A stretch of DNA of 64,000 nt from Macrostomum hystrix (taxonomy: Eukaryota > Animalia > Platyhelminthes). The translations under genes and the position numbers were made by a program. This document shows, piece after piece, positions 49,671 to 63,864 of the stretch (position 1 is its first letter; the number at the start of each line of letters is the position of its first letter). The stretch is taken from contig CATNEN010000030.1 of NCBI GenBank assembly GCA_950097015.1, forward strand, positions 620,001-684,000. The letters are read 5' to 3'. Under the pieces are notes generated by a model. That model worked only from the letters and a program-made list of their open reading frames with translations. It was not told the DNA's origin and did no database searches.

Positions 49671-52564
49671 ATGTTTATAAATTAACATTTACTGCTTCTT
49701 TTCTGGATAGTAACTTCTTTCGTTCATTAAAACAGTTGTTTACGAAACTATACTTCGAGTTTTTTGTATATCCTTAAAATTATTTATGTACTTTATCGGC
49801 TTTTCCCCCCATTTTTTCCGTACCCCTTTTTGGCCCATTGTTTCAACCAATAGTAATACTCGGCATCACCATGACCAACAGTTTATTCAGTTTATTCAGC
49901 ATAGAGAGGCTCCTAATGTCGTTCACAAAATGCAGCAAGTCTCTCTTGTGTAAGTATTTTAAAAGATTAAGCAGTGTTACTCAGCATCGAAGCTAACCGT
50001 TTTTTATTTATTTTTCTTGTGGATACCTTAAGTTGTTGTTATAAAATTTTAGCTTATATAGTCTTTTATAAAATATATTTTCTTTGTTGGTTCAATTACT
50101 TCGTCATTATCCTATTTATACTATAATACCCGTGGGTTTTCACAAATCTAATTTTGATGCTAGTGGAGGTTTAGTTGTTGCTATTTTTAGAATTACATGT
50201 GGGAAACCCCGCTTCAACCACCCCAAATCGAGGCACGTGACTTCTGGTCTCAGCCAATGAAATTGTGACCATCAATTTATATAGTCAAAAAGGGTTCTTT
50301 AGAACATCTTGTCGGGAAAGCCTTCTTCAGCTAACCACAAAGTTGAAGATCTGCCTTAATCTGTCTTTTAAGTTAAACAGATTGTCAACCAATTAGATTC
50401 TGAGGGTATTTTTCCGTTATGGCGAGTCCTCCTTTTTAGGTAGAGTTTTTAAATTGCAGTCAAGCTTAATTAAAACGTTTTATTGCATCATATCAGCCTG
50501 TGCAAGTATGTTAGAGTTTTACATATATTTCTTTTGTTCTATCCTTCATGTACATCTGCATATATATACATAATATAAAAAGATACATAATATGCACTTA
50601 AAAATTGTTTAATTACTCATTCATGCATATTTATACTAAAAAATAACAAGCAAATTTAAGTTCTGGTTATTGCAGAAATCTTTTTGTATCGCTTGTAAAT
50701 TTGGAAATTTCCGTGACACATGTAAATCCATCATCTGAGAGTATAAAATATACCAAGATACATTTTTTGTTAGAAGTTTTTTTCAGTTAAACACTTATTT
50801 TTTTTATCGGCCTTTACTTTCTGCTTTTTGTTTTTTGACCACGGACTGAACAGCAGTTTAAAGCCTTTGTAAGCGCCGCGCTGTCTATCAAGTTCGCAAT
50901 ATTACCGACTCGCAGAATCAAACCGGCGTCTCGCTAACTACTACTAGCAGTAGAAACATAAGCTAAATATGCCAATGTCACGAGCCTATCACCGACTATA
51001 AAGTTAAGTTAGGAAAGAAGTTATCTTTTTTGTTTAATTGTAGTGCTTGTCAAGGCAAACAGCCAGATCGGCCTCGCTTTTTGTATATCTAAAAGTGAAG
51101 GAAAAGGAGACACGAAGATTTCTGCTGACGCTCAAGCAGAAAGCTGCACGAACAAGTAAGAATTTGACAGTCCGTAATCAGCTCTGAGGCGCTGAGTTTG
51201 TCTGTTGGGCTCTCTCAATTTTTATCTGCCATGCCAGTGTGTGCCGTGTGTGGTCTCAAGCTATAGCCTAGCACACATACACTATGGACAGGTCTTCATG
51301 CCAAGCCGCGTCATGCACAGCATGTGAGCGATTTCATGGAAATACTATATTTTATTCTTTATCTTCTAGTGCGTGTGCGTTTAGAAGCAAACACATATGG
51401 AAACAGTTTTATCTATGTACCTGTGTGTTAGAATGTTCGTTACGCCGCTATCTAGTCCTTTATGAGCACTTTATTCGTTTATGAGCACAGTTGTTTAGCG
51501 ACAAATAAACAATACGCTCATATATTCGTTTTTATTATTCCAATTAATTCTAATTTGCTCTTCTCGCTGGAGTATTGGAAATTAAAATTCTTGTCCGTCT
51601 TTCACCAGTCTGTGCCATAGAAAACTGCTGTTTAAGCCATAGACAACAATTTTAAGTGGGGATATTAATATTTAATTGCGACTAGGCTCGACCGAGGGGC
51701 TCGTGCCATAGACGAAATTCAATTCTGGTTGCTTTGTAGTTTCCTGTATTCTCTATGCCGCTTCTTAAGTTATTCGTTCCGAATCTATGGGCATAGTTCC
51801 TGGGCCCAGGTCCATGTTCTTACCAGTTAATTATGTAAGCTAATGAACTATTTGACGACTAGAGAGATGCACTATTCAGCGGCAACCGCAAGTCAGGTGT
51901 AATCCAATGACACAGGAAGTGCTTGCCTGTTCCTGCATTTAAGCAGTCTGTCATTTAATGTAAGCTAAAAACATTTTTCACAGAATAGACAAGGACTAAA
52001 AAATAACAAATCAGCCTTCAAAACTATTTCATCGAAGTCAAGCTGCGTTATAGGCAGGGATTGCAGCCTTATGGTTATGTTAGATCGTTTATGACTTGAG
52101 GGTCGGTGGTTCGATTCTTGACTCTACTGGAATAATTTGTGTAATTTGTGTAATTCCAAGCCAAATAAAGTCATAAAAATAGGTTTAACATCAGCTGTTA
52201 CTCCAAAAGCAAAAAAATGACAAACGGTGGCAAACATTGTTTCATCTCATATTCGACCTGTTAATGAGTCACATGTACGCTCGTAAGAGTACTGGACAAG
52301 CCAAATAGAAAAATACAATGCAGGAAATGACACTAAAAATTATCTCAACCAGATTAGTACGGCGGGGCAGTTCATGCAGCCAGCCAATGCCGCGGCTTGT
52401 CAGCAAGCACCCACCCCACCTCAGCTCAGGCAGCCGTCCAAAGTCCCACGCCGACATAAAGCACGCATTCTTTCTGCGGTCCAAAACTCCAGCTGCTCAC
52501 ACAGCAGAAACTCAGAGTGAGTAAGTCTTCCAGCAAGAGAAGGTGAGCGACAGAGAGTCGAAAC

Positions 52565-52916
52565 ATGCCGCTGGGACTTCGCCTTCGCCGTTCGGTGTCG
52601 TCCGACCGCGGCCTCGTCAACGCCAGTGCTGGCGTCCTCGCATCGTCGATTTCTTCAACAACATTCACGTCCACATCGACGGCGACAACATTGGCGATGG
52701 CGACCGAATCATCGCCGGGACTTCGTCGAGGCGTCTCAATGTCCGGCATCGGCCGCGCGTTATCCTCGTCGGCTTCAACATCAGCTCTGTCGACGTCGTC
52801 AGCTAGCGCCTCGACGACGTCTAGTACTATGTCACCGGCGGAGTGCTTCGCCGCCGCAGTCTGGCAGAACAATGCAGCTGCTGTGCTAAAACTTCTCATC
52901 AGGCAGACGCAGAGAC
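52565..52916 (+). CDS. Possible Ser/Thr-rich first exon of an unidentified gene
   Basis: GC-rich ORF from ATG (MPLGLR...STSTATT...ECFAAAVWQNNAAAVLKLL) ending at a GTGAG donor. Other frames are also open, so the strand is uncertain. Confidence 0.3.
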
Positions 52917-53679
52917 GTGAGCTGATCTTCATATTTGTCCTTTTGAACCTTTCTAATGTCTAACGGATGCTCTTCTGATGTCACGGACCTTCGCGCGAGA
53001 CGCCGCCGCTCTGCCACTAACCCCCTGATCAATGAATGTCACTGTTTTTGAGTCTTCATCATCTGAAACCCGGTTAGCTCTCTGCTCTCTCGCAGTCTGG
53101 AACAGTGTGGCCCGAGATTACAAATAATTACAACATTTGGTCTAAGCTCATCCATCACGCTGTCCAGGATATGCCCTTAGTCTTGCTTTTTGTCTTGCAT
53201 TTTTACCCGCTAATTATCCGACCGTAGAGCGAATTCAACTTGTACTTTTGAAATGAATCGTAGACTCAGGTTTGTCAACAGCTCGGCAGGCATCGCATGG
53301 CTTTGGCTAAAAATCTGAGCTCTCAGTTACTGGATTCTCACCTGTGTCAGGTTCCTAAAAAATGCTGTCGAGGTTGAATTGAGAACTGCCAAGTGTGCTG
53401 GTGAATTTGGCTTTGCTGCCAGTCTACTCTACCATATAGCAGGCTTTGGCACCTGTTTAATCATTAATATACAGCCAACACTACCCTACACTAGCCTAAT
53501 GGTATTTGTATTTGTACCTTAGCTTAACCACTCCTATTAACAGCACGCTTCAAAGGTGAAAAACCGTACTTTATGATCTGAGAGCCAAAATTGATTACCT
53601 ACCATTATTGATTATTTGAACTTTGTATAGACTCTAACTGCTTCACAGAAGTTCATCGGTCCTGTTTTTTTTAAAATCT

Positions 53680-54530
53680 GTTACTCCATTCAGTCTGTCA
53701 CTCCATTCAGTCTGTCACTCCACTCAGTCTGTCACTCCACTCAGTCTGTCACTCCACTCAGTCTGTCACTCCACTCAGTCTGTCACTCCACTCAATCTGT
53801 CACTCCACTCAGTCTGTCACTCCACTCAGTCTGTCACTCCACTCAGTCTGTCACTCCACTCAATCTGTCACTCCATTCAGTCTGTCACTCCACTCAATCT
53901 GTCACTCCACTCAGTCTGTCACTCCACACAATATGTTACTCCACACAATATGTCATTCTCGTAGAGAATCTGTCACTCTAGTTAAGAATCTGCCAGTCTA
54001 GTAAAGACTATGTCCCTTTAGAAAATAATCTGTCACTCTATAGGAGAATCTGTCATTCTCGTGAAGGACGTTACTTATGTTACTCAAGTAAAGCATGTGC
54101 CACTTTATTAAATAACATGTCACTTTAGTAAAAAATCTGTCACTCAGCTAGAGAATCTGCCACTCAGATAGAGAATCTGTCACCCAGATAGAGAATCTGT
54201 CACCCAGATAGAGAATCTGTCACCCAGATAGAGAATCTATCACTCAGATAGAGAATCTGTCACTCAGATAGAGAATCTGTCACTCAGATAGAGAATCTGT
54301 CACTCAGATAGAGAATCTGTCACTCAGATAGAGAATCTGTCACTCTAGTAAAGAATCTGTAACTCTAGTAAAAATTCTGTCACTCTCGTAAAAGTTGTGT
54401 CACTCTAGTAGAGAATCCGTCACTCCAGCAAGGAGTCTGGCACTTTAGAAAAGAACTTGTCACTCTAGCAGAGAATCTGTCACTCAAATATAGAATCTGT
54501 CACTCTAGCTGAGAATCCGATCACTCTAGA
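53680..54530. repeat. Adjacent 17-bp (CCACTCAGTCTGTCACT) and 20-bp (AGAGAATCTGTCACTCAGAT) arrays
   Basis: Visible units sharing TCTGTCACTC. Confidence 0.92.
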
Positions 54531-55189
54531 GCAACTTTCATACCATTTAATAGAACTCAGGAATTTCGCAGGCGAGCAGCAAGGCTGGCTAATTTTTATT
54601 AACGCGGTCTCACAGGACCGCATGTTTAGGGGGCTGATTGATTGCCTGCTATAAGCTTGAAAAATTTCCCATTCCCTAATCGGTAACTGGGCAGGGCAAG
54701 CCAGGCAGTGAGTGCCGGTCGAGTGCTCCTTGGCACTCCAAACTCGAGCAGCTGGAGGATGAAATCATTGTTTACTAGGAAAGCAGCCGCATGGACTTGT
54801 GAGCTGCTGAGTTATTAGTTAAAAGTTTGCATTGGTCGTTGAGCCAGAACACTGTCTTGCTGATGCTGCTGCTGATGCTAGGGGACAGATGATGAACTTC
54901 ATCGCATGCGCAAGGAGACGGAAACTGTCTGTCAATCTTTTTATGCCCCAGCTGCACCTGTCCCATTGTGACATCTCAACCAACCTTACTAGCAGGCGAT
55001 AGAACATATTTTGGATTAGTGCGTACAGCTTTCAGCAAATACTGAGGATGCACTTTTAGGCTTGCGTACGACTGAAAAGTTTGCGCTTCTACAATGACAA
55101 AGAGTGAATTCTCAGTGTGTCCGCCAGACAGGTTTGGACGTGTCAGTATGTATAAGGGATACGTTTATTAGATGTGATGCATTGGTTCA

Positions 55190-55940
55190 TTAGGTGAGAT
55201 AGATGATTCAGTAGATGAGATAGATGGTTTATCAGATGGGATAGATGATTCAGTAGATGAGATAGATGATTCGGTAGATGAGATAGATGGTTTATCAGAT
55301 GGGATAGATGATTCAGTAGATGAGATAGATGATTCGGTAGATGAGATAGATGGTTTATCAGATGAGATAGATGATTCAGTAGATGAGATAGATGATTCAG
55401 TAGATGAGATAGATGATTCGGTAGATGAGATAGATGATTCGGTAGATGAGATAGATGGTTTATCAGATGAGATAGATGATTCAGTAGATGAGATAGATGA
55501 TTCAGTAGATGAGATAGATGATTCGGTAGATGAGATAGATGATTCAGTAGATGAGATAGATGATTCAGTAGATGAGATAGATGATTCGGTAGATGAGATA
55601 GATGGTTTATCAGATAGGATAGATGATTCAGTAGATGAGATAGATGATTCAGTAGATGAGATAGATGATTCAGTAGATGAGATAGATGATACGGTAGATG
55701 AGATAGTTTGTTCAGTAGATGAGATAGATGATTCAGTAGATGAGATAGATGATTCAGTTGATGAGATAGATGATTCGGTAGATGAGATAGTTGGTTTATC
55801 AGATGAGATAGATGATTCAGTAGATGTGATAGATGGTTCAGTAGATGAGATAGTTGGTTCAGTAGATGAGATAGATGATTCAGTAGATGAGATAGATGAT
55901 TCAGTAGATGAGATAGATAATTCAGTAGATGAGATAGTTG
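55190..55940. repeat. 21-bp minisatellite (GATGAGATAGATGATTCAGTA)
   Basis: Visible tandem units. Confidence 0.96.
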
Positions 55941-56689
55941 GGTGGCTCCAATAGTACAGATGTGTCAGCAAGTGAGCACATGTTGAAATGAGCAATTAAG
56001 CATGCAGTAAATCAGCCAGTTTTCATGCGGTAAACAGCGCCATCACCCCGGCCTTGAAATTCCGTGTGCGTCGCGAGAAGCCAAAGGGTTACGCAATAGA
56101 AAAGGTCACGTGACCTCATAGGCCTCACCGCAGCCCTGCCGTAGGTGCAGTGGGGAAAGAGTCAGCGAGAGTTAAAATCTTCTCTTTTCTTCGCAGATCC
56201 TTTCCGTGACGAGCATACCTTAGAATCTCGCAAAAAAATGAGGATAATCTCCGCCCGTTTGCCCCGAAAAATTCGCCCTAAACATGCCTAATGAGCATGA
56301 AGCACCGCTTGACAATGGCAAGCTCAATGCCCCGTGCTCAGCCGGTGACGCAATCAACAATACACAGTTTTTTTATCGACTCCGAAAATCTGACGGCTCA
56401 GGTAAGAGAACTAGGATTATCGATGGGGATATTATCCCTTTGCCCGCCTTCTATCTATCGATATACCCTTGAATTCTTTCTTATCATAGATTATTTTTTA
56501 TACACGAATGAGCCAAATTACTCAGCCAAGAAATACACAACATGCGCTTTATACATGCCGACTAAAATCCCTATCTTACGCTTATCCCCATCCTTTCTCT
56601 GTTGCTCTGCAGGGTCAATTCTCGGCACCGGAAGGCACAAAAAGATTAACGTGAACTGCCAGCTTGGCTACGGGTGAGTGCCAACACGT

Positions 56690-56935
56690 GGTACTGCCTC
56701 ACATCGCACTGCCTCACGTCACACTGCCTCACGTCACACTGCCTCACATCACACTGCCTCACGTCACACTGCCTCACATCACACTGCCTCACATCACACT
56801 GCCTCACATCGCACTGCCTCACGTCACACTGCCTCACATCGCACTGCCTCACATCGCACTGCCTCACATCGCACTGCCTCACATCACACTGCCTCACATC
56901 ACACTGCCTCACATCACACTGCCTCACGTCACACT
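56690..56935. repeat. 15-bp minisatellite (CACATCACACTGCCT)
   Basis: Visible tandem units. Confidence 0.96.
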
Positions 56936-57261
56936 GCAGATGCAACGTCTGTTAAATGCTTTCTACTGATACTACTATGAGTAGGCACTGAAACCAGTAT
57001 CTAATGTCCCAATATAATCCCTTCCCTTGCTCTTACCGAAATAGATGGGATTGAGATTAAGACGTCATCGGAAGCTGCGATAGTGATGAGGCCAAATTTA
57101 CGACTCTAAGCCTGCATCCCCTCTGGTCTACATGCTATACATTCAGCAGTACTTTTCTTTGTCTGAGACCCCGCAGCGATCCGCTTTGCGCTGAAGGATG
57201 GGATAAATTGGGATGGAAAGGGACGAGACAGAGGGAGGCGGTAAACCAAAGGCTGGGGGAG

Positions 57262-58225
57262 AACCTGAGCTAGAGGGGAGAACCTGAGCTAGAGGGGAGA
57301 ACCTGAGCTAGAGGGGAGAACCTGAGCTAGAGGGGAGAACCTGAGCTTGAGGGGAGAACCTGAGCTAGAGGGGAGAACCTGAGCTTGAGGGGAGAACCTG
57401 AGCTAGAGGGGAGAACCTGAGCTTGAGGGGAGAACCTGAGCTAGGGGGAGAACCTGAGTTAGGGGTAAAACCTGAGCTAAGGGGGAGAACCTGAGCTAAG
57501 GTGAAGAATCTGAGCTAAGGGGGAGAACCTGAGCTAAGGGTGGAGAACCTGAGCTAGAGGGGAGAACCTGAGCTAGGGGGGAGAACCTGAGCTAGAGGGG
57601 AGAACCTGAGCTAGAGGGGAGAACCTGAGCTAGAGGGGAGAACCTGAGCTAGGGGGGCCTGAGCTAGGGGAGAACTTGAGCTAAGGGGGAGAACCTGAGT
57701 TAGGGGTAGAACCTGAGCTAAGGGGAAGAGCCTGAGCTAAGGGGGAGAATCTGAGCTAAGGGGGAGAGCCTGAGCTAAGGGGGAGAATCTGAGCTAAGGG
57801 GGGAGAACCTGAGCTAAGGGGGAGAACCTGAGCTAGAGGGGAGAACCTGAGCTAGAGGGGAGAACCTGAGCTAGGGGGGCCTGAGCTAGGGGAGAACTTG
57901 AGCTAAGGGGGAGAACCTGAGTTAGGGGTAGAACCTGAGCTAAGGGGGAGAGCCTGAGCTAAGGGGGAGAATCTGAGCTAAGGGGGGAGAACCTGAGCTA
58001 GAGGGGAGAACCTGAGCTAAGGGGGAGAACCTGAGCTAAGGGGGAGAATCTGAGCTAAGGGGGGAGAACCTGAGCTAGAGGGGAGAACCTGAGCTAAGGG
58101 GGAGAACCTGAGCTAAGGGGGAGAACCTGAGCTAAGGGGAGAACCTGAGCTAGGGGGGAGAACCTGAGCTAGGGGGGAGAATCTGAGCTAAGGGGGAGAA
58201 CCTGAGCTAGGGGAGAACCTGGGCA
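57262..58225. repeat. ~19-bp G-rich minisatellite (AGAACCTGAGCTAGAGGGG)
   Basis: Visible tandem units with variable G-runs. Confidence 0.95.
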
Positions 58226-58914
58226 AGGTGGTAGAATCCCAGTTAGAGGATAGGGAGCAGGAGAGACGGCAGTGGATTCGTAGTGAGAGCAGACAGTATC
58301 AATTTATTTGGTGAAGGATCAGAAAGATTCAAACTAGTCTACAGTTCGCCGGCGGCATAGCTGTGCCAATTAAATGCACATGCATGTTTAGCAGAGCGAA
58401 GCGAACTTGTTCCAAGACAGTCTGGGCTGCTGCGAGCTAATATTTCGGGTTTCGGATTAGCTACTCTTACAGAACCACAGCTAACACTCCCATGAACACC
58501 CACGCAAGCAAATACTCGCATTTTTATCCCAACGCATGTTAGCAACGGCAGCAGCAGCACTTGAAATAGTCTTCCGTCTGATCCCAATTTACAGACTGAA
58601 ATCCGTCCCTGAAATACATTTCGCCTGTACTTTATCCCCAAGTGCATCGCTTACTCAAATTACACTGCATCAAATGTCATCTCAACCCCACGTTACAAAT
58701 GCCAGTTTACTACGGCATATGTTTGTTTGTTCGATTTGATTGATCATTATTCCAACTGTCCGTGTGTTTCTTATAGTGCAGGTAACTAACATAGGTACGT
58801 TTGGGCTTGCTGCAATTTGCTGAATTACACTACACTAATAAGTTGTTGTATGGCATAGAATTTTATGCATCTGGAAATTTATAAAGTTCGGACCTTGAAA
58901 GATAAGGAATTTAG

Positions 58915-60125
58915 TAGAATCTGGTAGATTGGGAATCTGGTAGTTTGGTAATCTGGTAGAGATTGGGAATCTGGTAAATTGGGAATCTGGTAGTTTGGTA
59001 ATCTGGTAGAGATTGGGAATCTGGTAGATTGGGAACCAGGTAGATTGGGAATCTGGTAGTTTGGTAATCTGGTAGAGATTGGGAATCTGGTAGATTGGGA
59101 ACCAGGTAGATTGGGAATATGGTAGGTTGGGAATCGGGTAGATTAGGAATCTGGTAGGTTGGGAATCGGGTAGATTAGGAATCTGGTAGATTGGGAATCT
59201 GATAGAGATTAGGAATCTGTTAGATTTGGAATCTTGTAGTTTGGTAATCTGGTAGAGATTGGGAATCTGGTAGATTGGGAATCTGGTAGATTGGGAATCT
59301 GGTAGATTGGGAATCGGGTAGATTAGGAATCTGGTAGGTTGGGAGTCGGGTAGATTAGGAATCTGGTAGATTGGGGATCTGGTAGATTGGGAATCTGGTA
59401 GATTGGGAATCAGGTAGATTGGAAATCTGGTAGATTGGGAATCTGGTAGATTGGGAATCTGATAGAGATTAGGAATCTGGTAGATTGGGAATCTTGTAGT
59501 TTGGTAATCTGGTAGAGATTGGGAATCTGGTAGATTGGGAATCTGGTAGGTTGGGAATCGGGTAGATTAGGAATCTGGTAGGTTGGGAGTCGGGTAGATT
59601 GGGAATCTGGTAGATTGGGAATCTTGTAGTTTGGTAATCTGGTAGAGATTGGGAATCTGGTAGATTGGGAATCTGGTAGGTTGGGAATCTGGTAGGTTGG
59701 GAGTCGGGTAGATTGGGAATCTGGTAGATTGGGAATCTGGTAGATTGGGAATCTGGTAGAGATTGGGAATCTGGTAGATTGGGAATCTGGTAGATTGGGA
59801 ATCTGGTAGATTGGGAATCTGGTAGATTGGGAATCTGGTAGATTGGGAATCTGGTAGATTGGGAATCTGGTAGATTGGGAATCTGGTAGGTTGGGAATCG
59901 GGTAGATTGGGAATCGGGTAGATTAGGAATCTGGTAGGTTAGGAATCGGGTAGATTAGGAATCTGGTAGATTGGGAATCTGGTAGATTGGGAATCTGGTA
60001 GATTGGGAATCTGGTATATTGGGAATCTGGTAGGTTGGGAATCAGGTAGATTGGGAATCTGGTAGATTGGGAATCTGGTAGGTTGGGAATCGGGTAGATT
60101 AGGAATCTGGTAGATTGGGAATCTG
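58915..60125. repeat. 16-bp minisatellite (GGGAATCTGGTAGATT)
   Basis: Visible tandem units. Confidence 0.95.
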
Positions 60126-60291
60126 GAAACAGGAAATTTTTAAATGACAACAGCAAGATAAATGACGAAACAAAATGTGGTCGTGCGAAGAAAAACGTGA
60201 TGAACGAGACAGATGTAAAACACCACATTCTATGTCAAGTGTTCGAATTTTTTTGGTCAAAATTTCTAGCTTAGGTCATTCATCTTAACCT

Positions 60292-60311
60292 ATTGCTGCT
60301 GCTGCTGTTTC

Positions 60312-60345
<34 letters not shown>
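60292..60345. repeat. Interrupted (CTG)n microsatellite
   Basis: Directly visible. Confidence 0.9.
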
Positions 60346-60346
<1 letters not shown>

Positions 60347-60659
60347 TGCCCGTGTGTTGTGGATGCTCATCAATTTCAAAGCTTACAAATGCCGTGGAAT
60401 GCTAGTTTTAGATTAAGGCGTCGAGTAGAGTGAAGGTTGCCAGTGCAACTGTGTGTGTGTTTGAAGGCGCCATGTTTGCTAATGGATCTGACAAATAAAA
60501 ATCCTGCATTTTTGGTGTCTCTGTGAGTGCGCGTGTTCTGTGAAAGCGCCGCTTGTGCCAATATGTGTGTTGAGTTAGAAATAACGGCGAGAGCATTGCT
60601 CGTAATATTGTTGTTTTTTCAGTTTCGCTCGGAATTGAACTTTAGTGATGTGGTGATCG

Positions 60660-61070
60660 AGATGTCAGAGAGTGACGGAATGTCAGAGAGTGATGCAGTG
60701 TCAGAGAGTGACGGAATGTCAGAGAGTGACGGAATGTCAGAGACTGACGGAATGTCAGAGAGTGACGGAGTGTGAGAGAGTGACGGAATGTCAGAGAGTG
60801 ACGCAGTGTCAGAGAGTGACTGAATGTCAGAGAGTGACTGAATGTCAGAGAGTGACGCATTGTCAGAGAGTGACAGAATGTCAGAGAGTGACGGAATACC
60901 AGAGAGGTACGGAAGGTCAGAGTGTGACGGAATGTCAGAGAGTGACGGAATGTCAGAGAGTGACGGAGTGTGAAAGAGTGACGGAATGTCAGAGAGTGAC
61001 GCATTGTCAGAGAGTGACGGAATGTCAGAGAGGTACGGAAGGTCAGAGTGTAACGGAATGTCAGAGGATA
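60660..61070. repeat. 18-bp minisatellite (GAGAGTGACGGAATGTCA)
   Basis: Visible tandem units. Confidence 0.93.
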
Positions 61071-61844
61071 ACAGAATAGCAGAGGGTTGCGGTGACGGCG
61101 TTCCGTGTCCTTCTCAGTCCGCTGCACTTCTGCACGACAATAAAAGTGCAAATGGTAGTCGAACGCCACAAGTAGCTTCGCCCTCCCAGACTTTTTTGTC
61201 AAGTATGCTACCTTCAAAATATATCCGCAGATCTGCAAAAATCTGTTAGTCAAGCAAACACTATTTAAGGACAAAGTCCTTATTGGGGGGGGACATCGTT
61301 GCAACCGTCGGCAGCAGAAACAGAGGAGTGGCGGAGGGAGGGAGGGAGGCGGTAGACGAGGCTCCGAGCGGAAGACAGCGCGGGAGATGCTTCTGAGATA
61401 CGGCACGGCCGCACGGCATGCGTTTCGCCAGGCCTAATCTCCCCTTGGAGACTCCACCCACCCAAAATCCCCGATCCCCAATGCGGATCGGCCGAATCCC
61501 CATCGTCAAATGCGGCTAGTCTCAAGCTGATCCCCCTTCCTGTCCTTCCCCTGCGGTTACTGGCGCGAATTCCATAAAACAGTGTTGGTAGCAAGCACTA
61601 TGGAGAGCAGGCCTCTGAGACCAGCTGCTCAGGCCCTTGAGCCAATCCGACTATGTGACAAACAACAGACAAGGACATTGTTCAGAGCAAGGCAGAAATG
61701 GCCGAGTCTGCTCAATTCACGCTTTCGGGTAGTGAGCAGCAGTTTGAGCAATCCGATTGTACCTGCACATGCAATGTGAAGTGCAGCAAGGCGAAGGCAC
61801 TATGCCGAGCAGTCGACAGCAGGACAGAGTGAGTGATGTATTGC

Positions 61845-62803
61845 TAGCCTAGCCTCTCAGTGGATTATGAAGGGATAGAATGGATTGCTAGCCTAGCCTC
61901 TCAGTGGATGATGGAGGGATAGAATGGATTGCTAGCCTAGCCTCTCAGTGGATGATGGAGGAATAGAATGGATTGCTAGCCTAGCCTCTCAGTGGATGAT
62001 GGAGGAATAGAATGGATTGCTAGCCTAGCCTCTCAGTGGATGATGGAGGAATAGAATGGATTGCTAGCCTAGCCTCTCAGTGGATGATGGAGGGATAGAA
62101 TGGATTGCTAGCCTAGCCTCTCAGTGGATGAGGGAGGAATAGAATGGATTGCTAGCCTCTCAGTGGATGATGGAGGAATAGAATGGATTGCTAGCCTAGC
62201 CTCTCAGTGGATGCAGGAGGAATAGAATGGATTGCTAGCCTAGCCTCTCAGTGGATGCAGGAGGAATGGAATGGATTGCTAGCCTCTCAGTGGATGATGG
62301 AGGAATAGAATGGATTGCTAGCCTAGCCTCTCAGTGGATGAGGGAGGAATAGAATGGACTGCTAGCCTAGCCTCTCAGTGGATGAGGGAGGAATAGAATG
62401 GACTGCTAGCCTAGCCTCTCAGTGGATGATGGAGGAATAGAATGGATTGCTAGCCTAGCCTCTCAGTGGATTATGAAGGGATAGAATGGATTGCTAGCCT
62501 AGCCTCTCAGTGGATGATGGAGGAATAGAATGGATTGCTAGCCTAGCCTCTCAGTGGATGATGGAGGGATAGAATGGATTGCTAGCCTAGCCTCTCAGTG
62601 GATGCAGGAGGAATAGAATGGATTGCTAGCCTAGCCTCTCAGTGGATGCAGGAGGAATAGAATGGATTGCTAGCCTAGCCTCTCAGTGGATGATGGAGGA
62701 ATAGAATGGATTGCTAGCCTAGCGTCTCAGTAGATGATGGAGGAATAGAATGGATTGCTAGCCTAGCCTCTCAGTGGATGATGATGGGATAGAATGGATT
62801 GCT
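61845..62803. repeat. 44-bp minisatellite (GATTGCTAGCCTAGCCTCTCAGTGGATGATGGAGGAATAGAATG)
   Basis: Visible tandem units. Confidence 0.96.
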
Positions 62804-63864
62804 TGTCCATCCCATAAACGAGTGTGCAGAATCTGAGTTGTATTCTATGTCACAAAAATTTAATCCTATAACTGGATGTCAGGTCGGAATCCAGTAACGG
62901 CTAAAGGTGTACCGGAACGTAACAGATGCTAAAGAATAATTGGGGAAGGGCAGGAGGAGATCGAGATGGAAGCGATGCGAATGGCCTGCAGCACACGGGC
63001 CCGACCCCCTTTTTTGAGGGCCTAAAAATCCCGGCCTCTCAGCCTTACGGAATGGTTCACCTGGGGGTGTGTGAGGAACTTTCCCCCTACCCCAAAAAAG
63101 CCTCTACTTCTTCCCCCTTCTTTCCCAAAATCGCCTTTCCCCAATTCCTGTCCCATATTTCTCACTCCAGTAGTAAAATTCCCCGACTGCCGCAGTCCAC
63201 TGGAGGTCCGCATTTAGCTCCAATTTTCACCCTAAAATCGCGCGCCACCCCCGCTGTCACCTTTTGCCTGTTTTCCGGCTCCGGCGAAGTTTCCTGAAGT
63301 GAATAAAATTTCCCTTTAGGTGGAACTCAGAGCCAGGTTTTATTAACTTGCCCTTGTCCGCGTGAATCCAGAAGTCTAGTATCTTTGTCTATTTAAAAGA
63401 CCAACTGGTTTGCGCCACATCGCTATCAATGTTGCGACAAGCTTCTAGTTGAAGCTAAGTCAAGTTCTTGGTTTCAAGCTTCTAAATGCCTGAGTGCTAA
63501 ACTTCTGCAGTGGAAGGTAGGCATCCCGTTGTGACGAAAAACCTTCAAATTTCTGGTTTGGCCTTTTTTTGTTCAGACGCTGGAGGCGACAGTTGCATCA
63601 AGAAATTATCGACCGTTCTCTTTTATGTTCCGCTCAAGGCTCGAATTTCCTGAATAATAGGACTTTAAATTTGGATCGGATTTCTCGATATTTCGCTTAT
63701 TGTCAAACGGTTGCTGTGCGTCGTCTGATCGTTTGAGCTCTCGGCGGTCACTTGTCATTAGCTTTGGATAACTTAATTGGAAAAAGCTTAGCTTAATCTG
63801 GTAAAAAAGATCGTTACAACAAATCTGCAGCTAAAATTGCCACAGGGATCATTTCCTAGAATTG

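Noticed and set aside
60292-60372. Minus-strand polyQ terminal exon (MSIHNTRAHQQQ...Q*)
   Set aside because: No supporting upstream exons or domain; treated as a CTG microsatellite.
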